From the NCBI GenBank assembly GCA_016194325.1, contig JACQBS010000026.1:1-59811 (forward strand): a stretch of 59,811 bases of DNA, given 5' to 3'. The translations under genes were made by a program, and so were the position numbers. This document shows, piece by piece, positions 26,918 through 35,685 of the stretch. Each line of letters starts with the position of its first letter. The stretch's first letter is position 1. Source of the DNA: Nitrospinota bacterium. GTDB lineage: Bacteria; Nitrospinota; Nitrospinia; UBA9942. The notes beneath the pieces are model-generated. The model did no database searches, had not been told where the DNA came from, and saw nothing but the letters and a program-made list of their open reading frames with translations.

Positions 26918-29143
26918 ATGAAAATTACAAATCAGGAAATATTAAAATTTATGCGGGAGTCTGTTTATCGTCCCCTTACAATGAAGGAATTGATAAAGAG
27001 TTTTAATATCCCTTCAGAGGAGAGAAGCTCCTTCAGGAGATTAATCAGGGGGCTGACAGGTGATGGAGAGATTATAAAGATAAAGGGAAATAGATTTGGA
27101 CTCCCCGAAAAGATGAATCTTGTTACAGGTGTTGTGCAGGGGCATCCTGACGGTTATGGATTTGTTATCCCTGAAGCCTGTAGTGACCCTGATCGGAGCG
27201 AAGGGGAATCTAACAGAGGAGAAGACCTATTTATAAATCCAAGAAATATGAGAGAGGTAATGCACGGTGATAAAGTTATCTGCAGGGCTGAACCAGCCCA
27301 AAAAGGCGGGAAGAGAGAGGGGAGGATTGTAAGAATATTAGAGAGAGGGCATAAGACATTAGTCGGTATATACGAGCCGAGTGGTCATTTTGGCTTTGTG
27401 ATACCTGATGACAGGAGGATAAGCCATGATATTTACATACCGCTTAAATATAGCGGAAAGGCTAAGATGGGGCATGCAGTCATAACAGAGATTACAGCCT
27501 ATCCAATGAAAAACAGAAACCCTGAAGGCAGGATAATAGAGATTATCGGTTATCCCGATAACCCCGATGTAGAGATAGATATTGTTCTGAGAAAATATGA
27601 TATACCCTCAAAATTTCCAATAGATGTTTTAAAAGAGGCAGATGCCGTTCAAAAAGAGGTTACAGATGATGAAATTATAGGAAGACTGGATTTAAGAGAT
27701 AAAAATATAGTTACCATAGACGGAGAAAAGGCAAAGGATTTTGATGATGCTGTAAATGTTGAGAGGCTTAATAATGGCAATTATATGTTAGGGGTCCATA
27801 TTGCCGATGTGAGTCATTATGTGAAAGAGGAAAATAACCTTGATAATGAGGCAGTTAAGAGGGGAACGAGTGTATATTTTCCTGACAGGGTAATCCCTAT
27901 GCTCCCCTTTCAACTCTCCAATGAGATATGCAGTCTAAAGCCAAATGTAGACAGGCTGACTCTGAGTGCATTTATGGAGTTTGACATGCAGGGAGAACTG
28001 ATAAATTATAGTTTTGCAGAGACAGTTATAAACAGCAAAGAGAGGATGACCTATACAGATGTGGCAGCAATACTGGAAGAGGGGCAAGGGGCAAGCCTGC
28101 CCCTGCAAGTAGTAAGCAGGGGGGGCAAGGGGCAAGGAGAAAATAAGGATTTAAAAGAAAGATATTCTTATCTCCTGAATGATTTTTATTTAATGAGGGA
28201 ATTGTGCGAGGTTTTGAGAGAAAGAAGAGTGAAAAAGGGGAGTATAGATTTTGACCTCCCTGAGCCTGATATAATCCTTGACCTGATGGGCAAACCTGAA
28301 AATATAATAAAGGCTGAAAGGAATATTGCCCATAAAATCATTGAGGAATTTATGCTCGTGGCGAATGAAACTGTAGCAACACACTTTACAAAACTTGAAA
28401 TACCTGCTCTTTACAGGGTGCATGATGAACCTGACCCGGCAAAAATAATAGAACTGAGTGAATTTGTATCAAATTTTGGTTATCATTTAAAAATAGATTC
28501 CCGCCTTCGCGGGAACAAGTTTCATCCAAAGAGATTTCAGGAACTGCTAAATAGTATCAGGGGGAAACCTGAAGAGCTGCTTATATCTACAATAACCTTA
28601 AGGCACATGAAACAGGCAAGGTATTCACCTGAAAATATCGGTCACTTTGGCCTTGCCTTTGAGAACTATACCCACTTTACATCTCCAATAAGGAGATACC
28701 CTGACTTAATCGTCCACAGACTCTTAAAAGAAATAATAAAAAAGAAACATATTCCAAAAAAGAGATTAGACTTATGGAAGGAGAAACTCCCTGAGATTGC
28801 CCGACACTCTTCAGAGAGAGAAAGGACGGCAGATGCGGCAGAAAATGATATTGTTGAATTAAAGAGGGTCCAGTTCATGGTGGATAAGATTGGTGAAGAG
28901 TATGAAGGGATTATATCAGGCGTAACCTCTTTTGGATTGTTTGTGGAACTGGAGGAGATATTTGTTGAAGGGCTTATCCATGTATCGGGTATGGCTGATG
29001 ATTACTATGCCTTAAATGAGAGAGACCATTCACTGACAGGAAGACGGACAAAGAAAAGATTCAAGATGGGAGATAGGGTAAAGGTAAAGATTGAAAATGT
29101 CAGTCTGGCAAAAAAACAGATTGATTTTAAATTGATTAAATGA
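26918..29143 (+). CDS. rnr: Ribonuclease R
   Basis: HTH plus cold-shock domains, RNB 'TIDGEKAKDFDDA', 'HFTSPIRRYPDL', C-terminal S1; start moved to ATG 26918. Confidence 0.97.
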   Translation: MKITNQEILKFMRESVYRPLTMKELIKSFNIPSEERSSFRRLIRGLTGDGEIIKIKGNRFGLPEKMNLVTGVVQGHPDGYGFVIPEACSDPDRSEGESNRGEDLFINPRNMREVMHGDKVICRAEPAQKGGKREGRIVRILERGHKTLVGIYEPSGHFGFVIPDDRRISHDIYIPLKYSGKAKMGHAVITEITAYPMKNRNPEGRIIEIIGYPDNPDVEIDIVLRKYDIPSKFPIDVLKEADAVQKEVTDDEIIGRLDLRDKNIVTIDGEKAKDFDDAVNVERLNNGNYMLGVHIADVSHYVKEENNLDNEAVKRGTSVYFPDRVIPMLPFQLSNEICSLKPNVDRLTLSAFMEFDMQGELINYSFAETVINSKERMTYTDVAAILEEGQGASLPLQVVSRGGKGQGENKDLKERYSYLLNDFYLMRELCEVLRERRVKKGSIDFDLPEPDIILDLMGKPENIIKAERNIAHKIIEEFMLVANETVATHFTKLEIPALYRVHDEPDPAKIIELSEFVSNFGYHLKIDSRLRGNKFHPKRFQELLNSIRGKPEELLISTITLRHMKQARYSPENIGHFGLAFENYTHFTSPIRRYPDLIVHRLLKEIIKKKHIPKKRLDLWKEKLPEIARHSSERERTADAAENDIVELKRVQFMVDKIGEEYEGIISGVTSFGLFVELEEIFVEGLIHVSGMADDYYALNERDHSLTGRRTKKRFKMGDRVKVKIENVSLAKKQIDFKLIK

Positions 29144-31022
29144 ACCCTTTTGTTATCTTTATCCTCCCTGTATCCTCAGCCGTCTTTTTTGTATTTTCAA
29201 TCCACTGCTGGTAAGTATAATTTTGTTTTTCTGTCAGCAGTCTGTTTGTAAATTCCTTTTCCTCTTCCTGAAATTTCTTTTCATCAATTCCCAATCTATC
29301 CTTGATATATACCAGAAAATAATTATCGTTCAGCTTGACCTTATTATAATCACCCTTTTTTGTATTAAAAACTGTCTGCACCAGATTTTCATCTCTCCCG
29401 ATGCTTGATGCTATCGTATTCCTTGTAACATATCCTGTAGTCCCCTTCATAGCCTTTAGTTCATCAGCTGCCTTCTTAAACTCCTTCCCCTTTTTCAAAT
29501 CTTCAAGAATCTTGCCTGCCTCAAGGTCAACGATTTTTTTTGCCTCCTCATCCCTATATGCCTTCTCCACCTCTCCCTTTATCTCTTCAAATTTAGGTAT
29601 GAATGCATCCTTTTTCTCTTTATATCTTAATATATAAAATTTTCCGCCATCCTCTAAAATCTCACTTACATCTCCCTTCTTTAATGCAAACGCAGCCTTA
29701 CTTAAGATAGGGTGTTCTCTATCATCTTTTTTAAAACCGCCTCCAGAAGCAGTAACATATTGTTTTCCTTTTATAACAGTATTAAAATCAGCACTCTTTA
29801 AATCTGTACCCTTTCTTATGCCGTCAAGTTCAGTCTTTGCAATATTTTTTGCGTCACCCTCTTTCAAAATCTTTACAATATCATCTCTTACCTCTGACAG
29901 TCCTTTTGTCCTCTCATCTTCAATCTTCTCAACCTTTATTATGTGGTAGCCGAACGGAGTCCTGACAGGCTCGCTCAGTTCCCCCTCTTTTAAGGCGAAT
30001 GCGGCGTCCTCAAATTGTTTTACCATCTGTCCCTTTGAAAAGAAGCCAAGGTCTCCACCTTTACCCTTATTGGGGTCATCAGAATATTTCTTTGCCAGTT
30101 CAGCAAAATCCCCGCCCCCCTTCAATTCCTGCAAGACCTTTACTGCCTTTGCCCGCCCCTCAACTTCTACCTTCTCATCTGCCTCAGGTGAAACAGCAAT
30201 GAGTATATGCATTGCCTTCACTCTCTTCGGAATTTTATATTCATTTATATGCCTGTTATAATATTCATTTACCCTGTTGTCCTCTATTTTAATATTAGCC
30301 TCAAAACCCTTTGAGTCTGCCGAGACATATTCAACAACCATCTCCTCCCCTCTTTGAAAAAGGGATTTATTATTATTATAAAATTCTTCTATTTTGTCTG
30401 GAGCAAATGTTACCCTGTTTATAAAATTGGAAGGGCTCAATATAAGATAGTCAACATCCACCTTTTCATTTGCACGGGCATAGGCATCCTTCACCTCTTT
30501 TTTTGAAATCTTCACACCATCCTTAATCAGATTTTCTATCTTTTTTATCAGGAGGTCTTCCCTCACCGCATCTTCAAAACCGCCTGGGTTCATCCTGTTT
30601 GTCTGAAGTATTCTTATATATAAATCCTTATCAAACCTGCCATCCTTTTTAAATACATCCATCCCCTGAATTTCATCAATAACCTCTTCATCTATTACAA
30701 CCAGACCCTCCTTTTTAGCAATGGATAACTGCAGCTTTCTTGTTATAAGGGAATCTATTGCAGCCTTTTTTACAATAGGGGCGAACAGTTCTTCATTCAA
30801 ATTCCCCTGCTGTTTCTTATAAAAATCTAATATCCTCTTATAAAATTCCTGATATTCAGTGTATATTATTTTCTTGCCGTCAACTGTGGCAACAACGGCT
30901 GCCGATGTCTCCTTCCCCATACCCCATACTAAAAACATCGTGCCGACAAATGATGCAACCACTGTCCACAGCATAATTTTTATAAACCACGATTTTGCAT
31001 AATCTCTCATGAACTGAAGCAT
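29136..31022 (-). CDS. ppiD: PpiD/SurA-type periplasmic peptidyl-prolyl isomerase chaperone
   Basis: 'MLQFMRDYAKSW' N-terminal anchor, SurA-N domain, parvulin 'HILI...FAELAKKYSDD...GGDLGFF...PFGYHII'. Confidence 0.85.
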   Translation of the reverse strand: MLQFMRDYAKSWFIKIMLWTVVASFVGTMFLVWGMGKETSAAVVATVDGKKIIYTEYQEFYKRILDFYKKQQGNLNEELFAPIVKKAAIDSLITRKLQLSIAKKEGLVVIDEEVIDEIQGMDVFKKDGRFDKDLYIRILQTNRMNPGGFEDAVREDLLIKKIENLIKDGVKISKKEVKDAYARANEKVDVDYLILSPSNFINRVTFAPDKIEEFYNNNKSLFQRGEEMVVEYVSADSKGFEANIKIEDNRVNEYYNRHINEYKIPKRVKAMHILIAVSPEADEKVEVEGRAKAVKVLQELKGGGDFAELAKKYSDDPNKGKGGDLGFFSKGQMVKQFEDAAFALKEGELSEPVRTPFGYHIIKVEKIEDERTKGLSEVRDDIVKILKEGDAKNIAKTELDGIRKGTDLKSADFNTVIKGKQYVTASGGGFKKDDREHPILSKAAFALKKGDVSEILEDGGKFYILRYKEKKDAFIPKFEEIKGEVEKAYRDEEAKKIVDLEAGKILEDLKKGKEFKKAADELKAMKGTTGYVTRNTIASSIGRDENLVQTVFNTKKGDYNKVKLNDNYFLVYIKDRLGIDEKKFQEEEKEFTNRLLTEKQNYTYQQWIENTKKTAEDTGRIKITKGFI

Positions 31023-31045
31023 CTATTAACCTCCAAAAAAAAATC

Positions 31046-31119
31046 AGCCACGAATGAATACGAATTAACACTAAATTATATGGTAAATCATCGTATCTGA
31101 TTCGTGTAAATTCGTGGCT
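31046..31119. repeat. CACGAAT-family inverted-repeat element
   Basis: AGCCACGAAT ... ATTCGTGGCT, perfect 10-bp ends. Confidence 0.85.
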
Positions 31120-31138
31120 AATAAGTTTCTGTTTTGAC

Positions 31139-32434
31139 TTATAATGCTACATCAAACCCGACTGTAATCTTACTCCCATCTATACTCTTCTGTTCACCGC
31201 CGACGGTGTATTTGTCTTTATATTTATTATCCTGAAAATCCCACAGGGATTTAAAAGTTATCCGTGCATTCTGGGTGACATACCATGCGCCCTCAACTGC
31301 AAAATCAGCGTTTTTATTTGAATCTGTCCCGCCATCTTTTTCTGTGAGTGTCTCATAAATTGCACCGAATTGAAAAGATTCACTAAGGCGTAAAAGCCCC
31401 TCCATCATAAAACCGGTTGATTCCCTTTTTGTCCCGATTCCTGTTGATGAAACATCGCTCTGGGATACGGTGTCATAAAGAAAATCTAAGTCAAATCTCT
31501 GTGATGAATACCTGATACCCGCCACCCATTCTCCCACATCATTCCTGTATTTTCTATTACCTGTTGTCCCTCCAAATCCCTGAGGATTGGCGAAGTATCT
31601 GACAGAGGCAGCAACTGCCCCAAAATCCCCCCTCAACATCCCTGTATAGGCGGTGTTTGGGTCATTATCATTATCGGCACTTCCGCCATTACCCTGATTT
31701 ACGGCGAGCTCATAGGTAAAATAACCAAACCCGGGACGTCCGTAAAGACTAATTCCAAGGTCATTACTGCCTGCCCTGCCTGTATTGTATCCTGAGCTTG
31801 CCGAAGGATTGTTTCCGCTGCTCCAGTTCATAGGCATCGGGATAAGAGACTTGCCGCTTATAACCCGCCTTGTGCTGTGGACAGCATCAAGGTCAGAACT
31901 CATAAGCGAGCCAAATCTGATATTAAAATTACCAGGGCCCCATATATTATGAAAACCTAAAAACATTGAGTCGGTTATGCGGCCTGTAATCTTATCCTGC
32001 GATGACCCTTGAGGAAGTTCAAACCAGTAAGAAACATTTTTTGTAAGTGTCCCCCCTCCAATAATATTGCCAGCCATTTCACCGGATGAGAGCAGCCCCC
32101 CCGCCTGTTCATTCTCACCAGCAGTTGTATGTGTTGTCCTGCTTAAATAGGTTCTGCCCTCTAATCTCAGGCTAAACGGCGGGAATGTAGCAGGGTTATC
32201 CAATGGTAGGTCTTCGGCAATCTTTATCTTGCCTGCCTCTCCCCCGCTTTCTGTATCAGGCAGTTGATAGCCATTGAGCATATAATTAAATCCAAACTCA
32301 TTCAGCCTTGGCCAAGTGGAATGGCAGAGCATACAGGCGATCTCATGTTTTCTAGCAAACCCCGGTTGCGCATCTGCAGGTTTATATGCCACCGCAATAA
32401 ATGATATACCGATGAAAATAATTAATAAAAGCAT
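31139..32434 (-). CDS. Cyc2-like fused monoheme cytochrome c / outer-membrane beta-barrel
   Basis: Signal peptide, then 'PGFARKHEIACMLCHSTWPRLNEFG...NGY' (single CxxCH) and alternating beta-strand patterns. Start is uncertain (32434 or 32491) because repeats overlap it. Confidence 0.7.
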   Translation of the reverse strand: MLLLIIFIGISFIAVAYKPADAQPGFARKHEIACMLCHSTWPRLNEFGFNYMLNGYQLPDTESGGEAGKIKIAEDLPLDNPATFPPFSLRLEGRTYLSRTTHTTAGENEQAGGLLSSGEMAGNIIGGGTLTKNVSYWFELPQGSSQDKITGRITDSMFLGFHNIWGPGNFNIRFGSLMSSDLDAVHSTRRVISGKSLIPMPMNWSSGNNPSASSGYNTGRAGSNDLGISLYGRPGFGYFTYELAVNQGNGGSADNDNDPNTAYTGMLRGDFGAVAASVRYFANPQGFGGTTGNRKYRNDVGEWVAGIRYSSQRFDLDFLYDTVSQSDVSSTGIGTKRESTGFMMEGLLRLSESFQFGAIYETLTEKDGGTDSNKNADFAVEGAWYVTQNARITFKSLWDFQDNKYKDKYTVGGEQKSIDGSKITVGFDVAL

Positions 32435-32491
32435 CCTGAGCTTGTCGAAGGATGCATGGTTCGACTTTTCGACAAGCTCAAAGCTCACCAT
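32432..32491. repeat. CCTGAGCTTGTCGAAGG / TTCGACAAGCTCA-family hairpin repeats
   Basis: CATCCTGAGCTTGTCGAAGGATG followed by TGGTTCGACTTTTCGACAAGCTCAAAGCTCACCAT. Confidence 0.8.
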
Positions 32492-32513
32492 GCTTGCCTT
32501 CGGGCTTACCACT

Positions 32514-32792
32514 TTACTTTCTCGACTTTGAGTATTCAATCAATTTCTCCCATTCGCCATTAATTAAAGCCTCTTTCTTCTTTCTTGTCCATCCTTTTAT
32601 TTGCCTTTCCCTGAGAAATGCGTCATGAATTGTTGGCATTTCACAATAATAAACCAATTTTACAGGCAATCTCTTTGCTGTATAGCCATCAAACATTTTA
32701 GTGTTATGTTCAGCTAATCGTTTTTCTAAATTTTTAGCAGAGCCAGTATAGTATGACCCGTCAGCACATTTCAATATGTATAACCATGTCAT
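32514..32792 (-). CDS. GIY-YIG nuclease (YhbQ/UPF0213-like)
   Basis: 'WLYILKCADGSYYTGS...RLAEHN...YT..RLPVKLVY...RERQIKGWTRKKKEALI'; start moved to ATG 32792. Confidence 0.92.
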   Translation of the reverse strand: MTWLYILKCADGSYYTGSAKNLEKRLAEHNTKMFDGYTAKRLPVKLVYYCEMPTIHDAFLRERQIKGWTRKKKEALINGEWEKLIEYSKSRK

Positions 32793-32800
32793 TATTATTG

Positions 32801-32823
32801 CATCCTGAGCTTGTCGAAGGATC
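32801..32823. repeat. CCTGAGCTTGTCGAAGG-family repeat upstream of the GIY-YIG gene
   Basis: CATCCTGAGCTTGTCGAAGGATC, matching the copy at 32432. Confidence 0.8.
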
Positions 32824-33685
32824 ACTCCTTCTCCATATTCATCTCAAGTTCTGTTTTTTGTCCTTTCCTTATAGATACCTTTTCCTTTTTCTCCTTAAAG
32901 CTCTCAAGCTTTACAGTTACATCATATATACCTGATTCAATATCAACACTCAGCGGCGATAGTCCAAAGTATATGTCGCCAATATATATCTTGGAGCGGG
33001 GAGGCTCTGTCTTTATGGAAATTCTCCCTGCCCCTTCAGGAATTGGTGTTTCTTCTGCAGATGCAGTCCCTGCCTTTCCAAAATTTTTATTTATCTCTAT
33101 AATTGTTTTATTAATAACCTTTGCAAGTGTCTTTGAGATATATGAATTGATTGTCTTCTTGGAATTACCAGAGACCCCTGCAAACCTATCTTCTTTTTCT
33201 GTTATTACACCCTCCCATATGCCCTTCCCTGTTTTACCTGATATTAACCTGCTTTCAATCTCAATTTCTATTTCGTCTCTTCCCTTTATATCAAGCCTGA
33301 ATTTTTTTATCTCCCCGCTCATTATTATATCCGCCTGACCTCCCCCCTCTCCTCCTTCTAAAGGAGGGGATGAAGGGATGGTAACAATAAAACCGGCAGA
33401 AGTTAGATGTGTCTTAATAGCTTCATTAACAGATATAGCAACATCCTTTTCCAAAATAATTTTATCGGCATGCATATCAGTAACAGTTGACTCAATTTTT
33501 CCAACATAGTTTGGGGCGACATCTCCCCTTGAATCAATATATGGTTTAAGGATGATGGTTAGGGGTTTAGTGGCTTTTGATGTATCAGGGATTTGTCCGG
33601 GCTTATAGTTAAGCTTAACCGCCCCTGAACAGCCTGTTATAAATAGGAATAGTAAGAAAGGAAGGGAATAGCGGGTTATTGTCAT
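32822..33685 (-). CDS. Lipoprotein with a C-terminal PEGA domain
   Basis: Lipobox 'ITGC'; C-terminal 'ISIKTEPPRSKIYIGDIYFGLSPL...GIYDVTVKLESF' PEGA pattern. Confidence 0.8.
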   Translation of the reverse strand: MTITRYSLPFLLFLFITGCSGAVKLNYKPGQIPDTSKATKPLTIILKPYIDSRGDVAPNYVGKIESTVTDMHADKIILEKDVAISVNEAIKTHLTSAGFIVTIPSSPPLEGGEGGGQADIIMSGEIKKFRLDIKGRDEIEIEIESRLISGKTGKGIWEGVITEKEDRFAGVSGNSKKTINSYISKTLAKVINKTIIEINKNFGKAGTASAEETPIPEGAGRISIKTEPPRSKIYIGDIYFGLSPLSVDIESGIYDVTVKLESFKEKKEKVSIRKGQKTELEMNMEKE

Positions 33686-34059
33686 TTTATCTTCTCAATA
33701 AATGATCCTGCTGATTTAAGGGCTGCCTTTACCATATCTACATCCTCTAACAATCCTCTATAGTATCCAGCTATATGCAATTCCTTATAGAGGGCTTCAA
33801 AATTTCTAATAATCTTGCCGTTATGAACCGACAGATGTTTCTTTAGCATCTCTCTGTAACCATCTATGGATTTAGGTAATTTTTTTTCACCTACTCCTCG
33901 TTTTATGAGATATTCATCTATGGCTATCAACACAGAAAGATAGGCAGTAGAACAAGCCTCACGGACAAACTTAATATCTCTGTACCTATTCTCCTCAATT
34001 CCTGACTTACTCAGGATTTCTTTTGCATTTTCCAAATATCTTAAAGCCTCTTTTGACAT
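33682..34059 (-). CDS. DUF5618-like (HEPN-fold) small protein
   Basis: 'EALRYLENAKEIL...TAYLSVLIAIDEYL...LHIAGYYRG'; clear paralog of 35686-36090. Confidence 0.7.
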   Translation of the reverse strand: MSKEALRYLENAKEILSKSGIEENRYRDIKFVREACSTAYLSVLIAIDEYLIKRGVGEKKLPKSIDGYREMLKKHLSVHNGKIIRNFEALYKELHIAGYYRGLLEDVDMVKAALKSAGSFIEKIK

Positions 34060-34094
34060 AGTCAAATAATACACCAGATTTTTACTTTTTCAAA

Positions 34095-34135
34095 ATAAAA
34101 AAAGGGGAGGGTTTTAAACCCTCCCCTTTTTATTT
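34095..34135. terminator. Rho-independent terminator downstream of cyc2
   Basis: AAAAAAAGGGGAGGG-TTTTAAA-CCCTCCCCTTTTT: GC stem with T-runs on both strands. Confidence 0.85.
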
Positions 34136-34149
34136 GCTTCACCATTAAG

Positions 34150-34185
34150 CATGGTGAGCTTTGAGCTTATCTAAAAGTCAAACCA
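34150..34185. repeat. Degenerate TGGTTCGAC...AAGCTCACCATG repeat copy
   Basis: CATGGTGAGCTTTGAGCTTATCTAAAAGTCAAACCA is the reverse complement of the 32457-32492 copy with a few mismatches. Confidence 0.75.
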
Positions 34186-35409
34186 TTAGAATGCGGAGAA
34201 GACCATCAGTGTTGTTTTCTGGTCAGAACCATATGCTGTCTTCTGGTTTACATCGCCGCTCATTGTTGCATAATCTAACTGCACCTTAACATTCTGGGCT
34301 ATCTTATATATAAGGGCAATATCCATGCGGTTTTCACCGGCACTGGATGCAGCTCCATTTTTACCCATAAGATAACTCAATGCTACAGATGCCTTGTTCG
34401 GAATAATACCAAGATTTGCAGCTATAGATGTTGCATTTTTGTCTGCACCAGATGCTGCGATGGCATATGTCTTACCATCGGTCCCTGCCTTAGGTACTGT
34501 CGCATAGGTCAGATAGACTCCCAGAGGCATACCACCAATCTCACCTTGTGCCTGTGCATCAATGGCAGTTCCCTGAACTACATAAGTTGCAGAAGTTGCT
34601 TCACCCAATTTTGTCTCACCGCCCCAATACTGAACACCTATTGCTGTATCAAAGCCGCCAAGATTAGGTGTTACTGCTGCACGGATATACTGTGCGAGAT
34701 TGAGACCCGAAGAAATCGCATCGGAATGACTTGGACCCCATAGTGAGGCATTTACAAAGAACATATCACTGGCGCCATAGAGAACAATACCTGTGGCTGC
34801 AGTACCGCTAAGACCCGTATACTGCTGTGCTGAGGTATCTATACCTTCACCAATAGGTTTATGTATCTTTATTGCACCTGTGTTTAAAACCTCAAACCCA
34901 TAGCCCGCTCCCTGATCTGCTGTTGTAAAAGCACCTGCTGCCAGAGTGGTCCCGCCCATATCAAATGGGAATATTAATTTAAAATTATCAAAACCTCCAG
35001 TCTCCTTTAAGCCTCTCTCAAGTAAAAATCCAACATGCTCTCCACCACGACCCCCAGCCATTAATGATGCCTCATCAGGAACCTGTATTTGACCCCTGTC
35101 TGTCCCGGCCTTAGTATCACCATTTGTCTGCTGGTACCTTGCTTTAACTATAAGAGACATATTAAGGACATTTGGAATTGATAAGTCATCATCCTTAATC
35201 TGGCCCTGCTCGCCAATCTGTGTATAACCGCTTGCCTTAAATGCCCTGCCAAAAGAATTTAAGCTTGGAAAAGCCTGGAAATGGCATGTATTACAGGCAT
35301 GACCTGTCTGCCTTGAAAATGCTGGAATTGCCTGTGCATCCTGCGTAATTATAAATGAACCTACGAAGGATAAGGCTACTGCTAATGTTATTACTAATAT
35401 CTTCTTCAT
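34186..35409 (-). CDS. cyc2: Cyc2 cytochrome-porin fusion, Cluster 1-like (putative outer-membrane Fe(II) oxidase)
   Basis: Signal peptide ending AQA; 'IPAFSRQTGHACNTCHFQAFPSLNSFGRAFKASGY'; 'PDEASLMAGGRGGEHVGFLLE'; beta-barrel ending in Phe. Confidence 0.85.
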   Translation of the reverse strand: MKKILVITLAVALSFVGSFIITQDAQAIPAFSRQTGHACNTCHFQAFPSLNSFGRAFKASGYTQIGEQGQIKDDDLSIPNVLNMSLIVKARYQQTNGDTKAGTDRGQIQVPDEASLMAGGRGGEHVGFLLERGLKETGGFDNFKLIFPFDMGGTTLAAGAFTTADQGAGYGFEVLNTGAIKIHKPIGEGIDTSAQQYTGLSGTAATGIVLYGASDMFFVNASLWGPSHSDAISSGLNLAQYIRAAVTPNLGGFDTAIGVQYWGGETKLGEATSATYVVQGTAIDAQAQGEIGGMPLGVYLTYATVPKAGTDGKTYAIAASGADKNATSIAANLGIIPNKASVALSYLMGKNGAASSAGENRMDIALIYKIAQNVKVQLDYATMSGDVNQKTAYGSDQKTTLMVFSAF

Positions 35410-35531
35410 CTTTTACCTCCTCAAATTTAAAAACTAAAAAAATATAAACTCCATTACTTATGTGTAAAATCCTAAAAACCTACTTACCACCACCTCCTTT
35501 CTTATTTAAAAATTTACTGTGTACTTAATTT

Positions 35532-35631
35532 AGATTCTTCCCCTTCCCCTTCACTTTGTTCAGGGTCAGGGTCAGAATGACACTTCTGCTATTGCTTGTC
35601 ATTCTGAAGGAGCAAAGCGACTGAAGAATCT
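35532..35631. repeat. GTCATTCTG...GAAGAATCT-family palindromic element with a nested CCCTTCACTTTGTTCAGGG unit
   Basis: Ends AGATTCTTC/GAAGAATCT; inner CAGAATGAC/GTCATTCTG. Confidence 0.75.
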
Positions 35632-35685
35632 CAACATTAAATTATGTGAATAAATATCATACCCTCTTTACTTTGTCAAGGTTTT

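Noticed and set aside
35458-35500. Second AGGAGGT upstream of cyc2 as a leader-peptide RBS
   Set aside because: The candidate GTG is only about 2 nt from the SD, too close for initiation; no support for a uORF.
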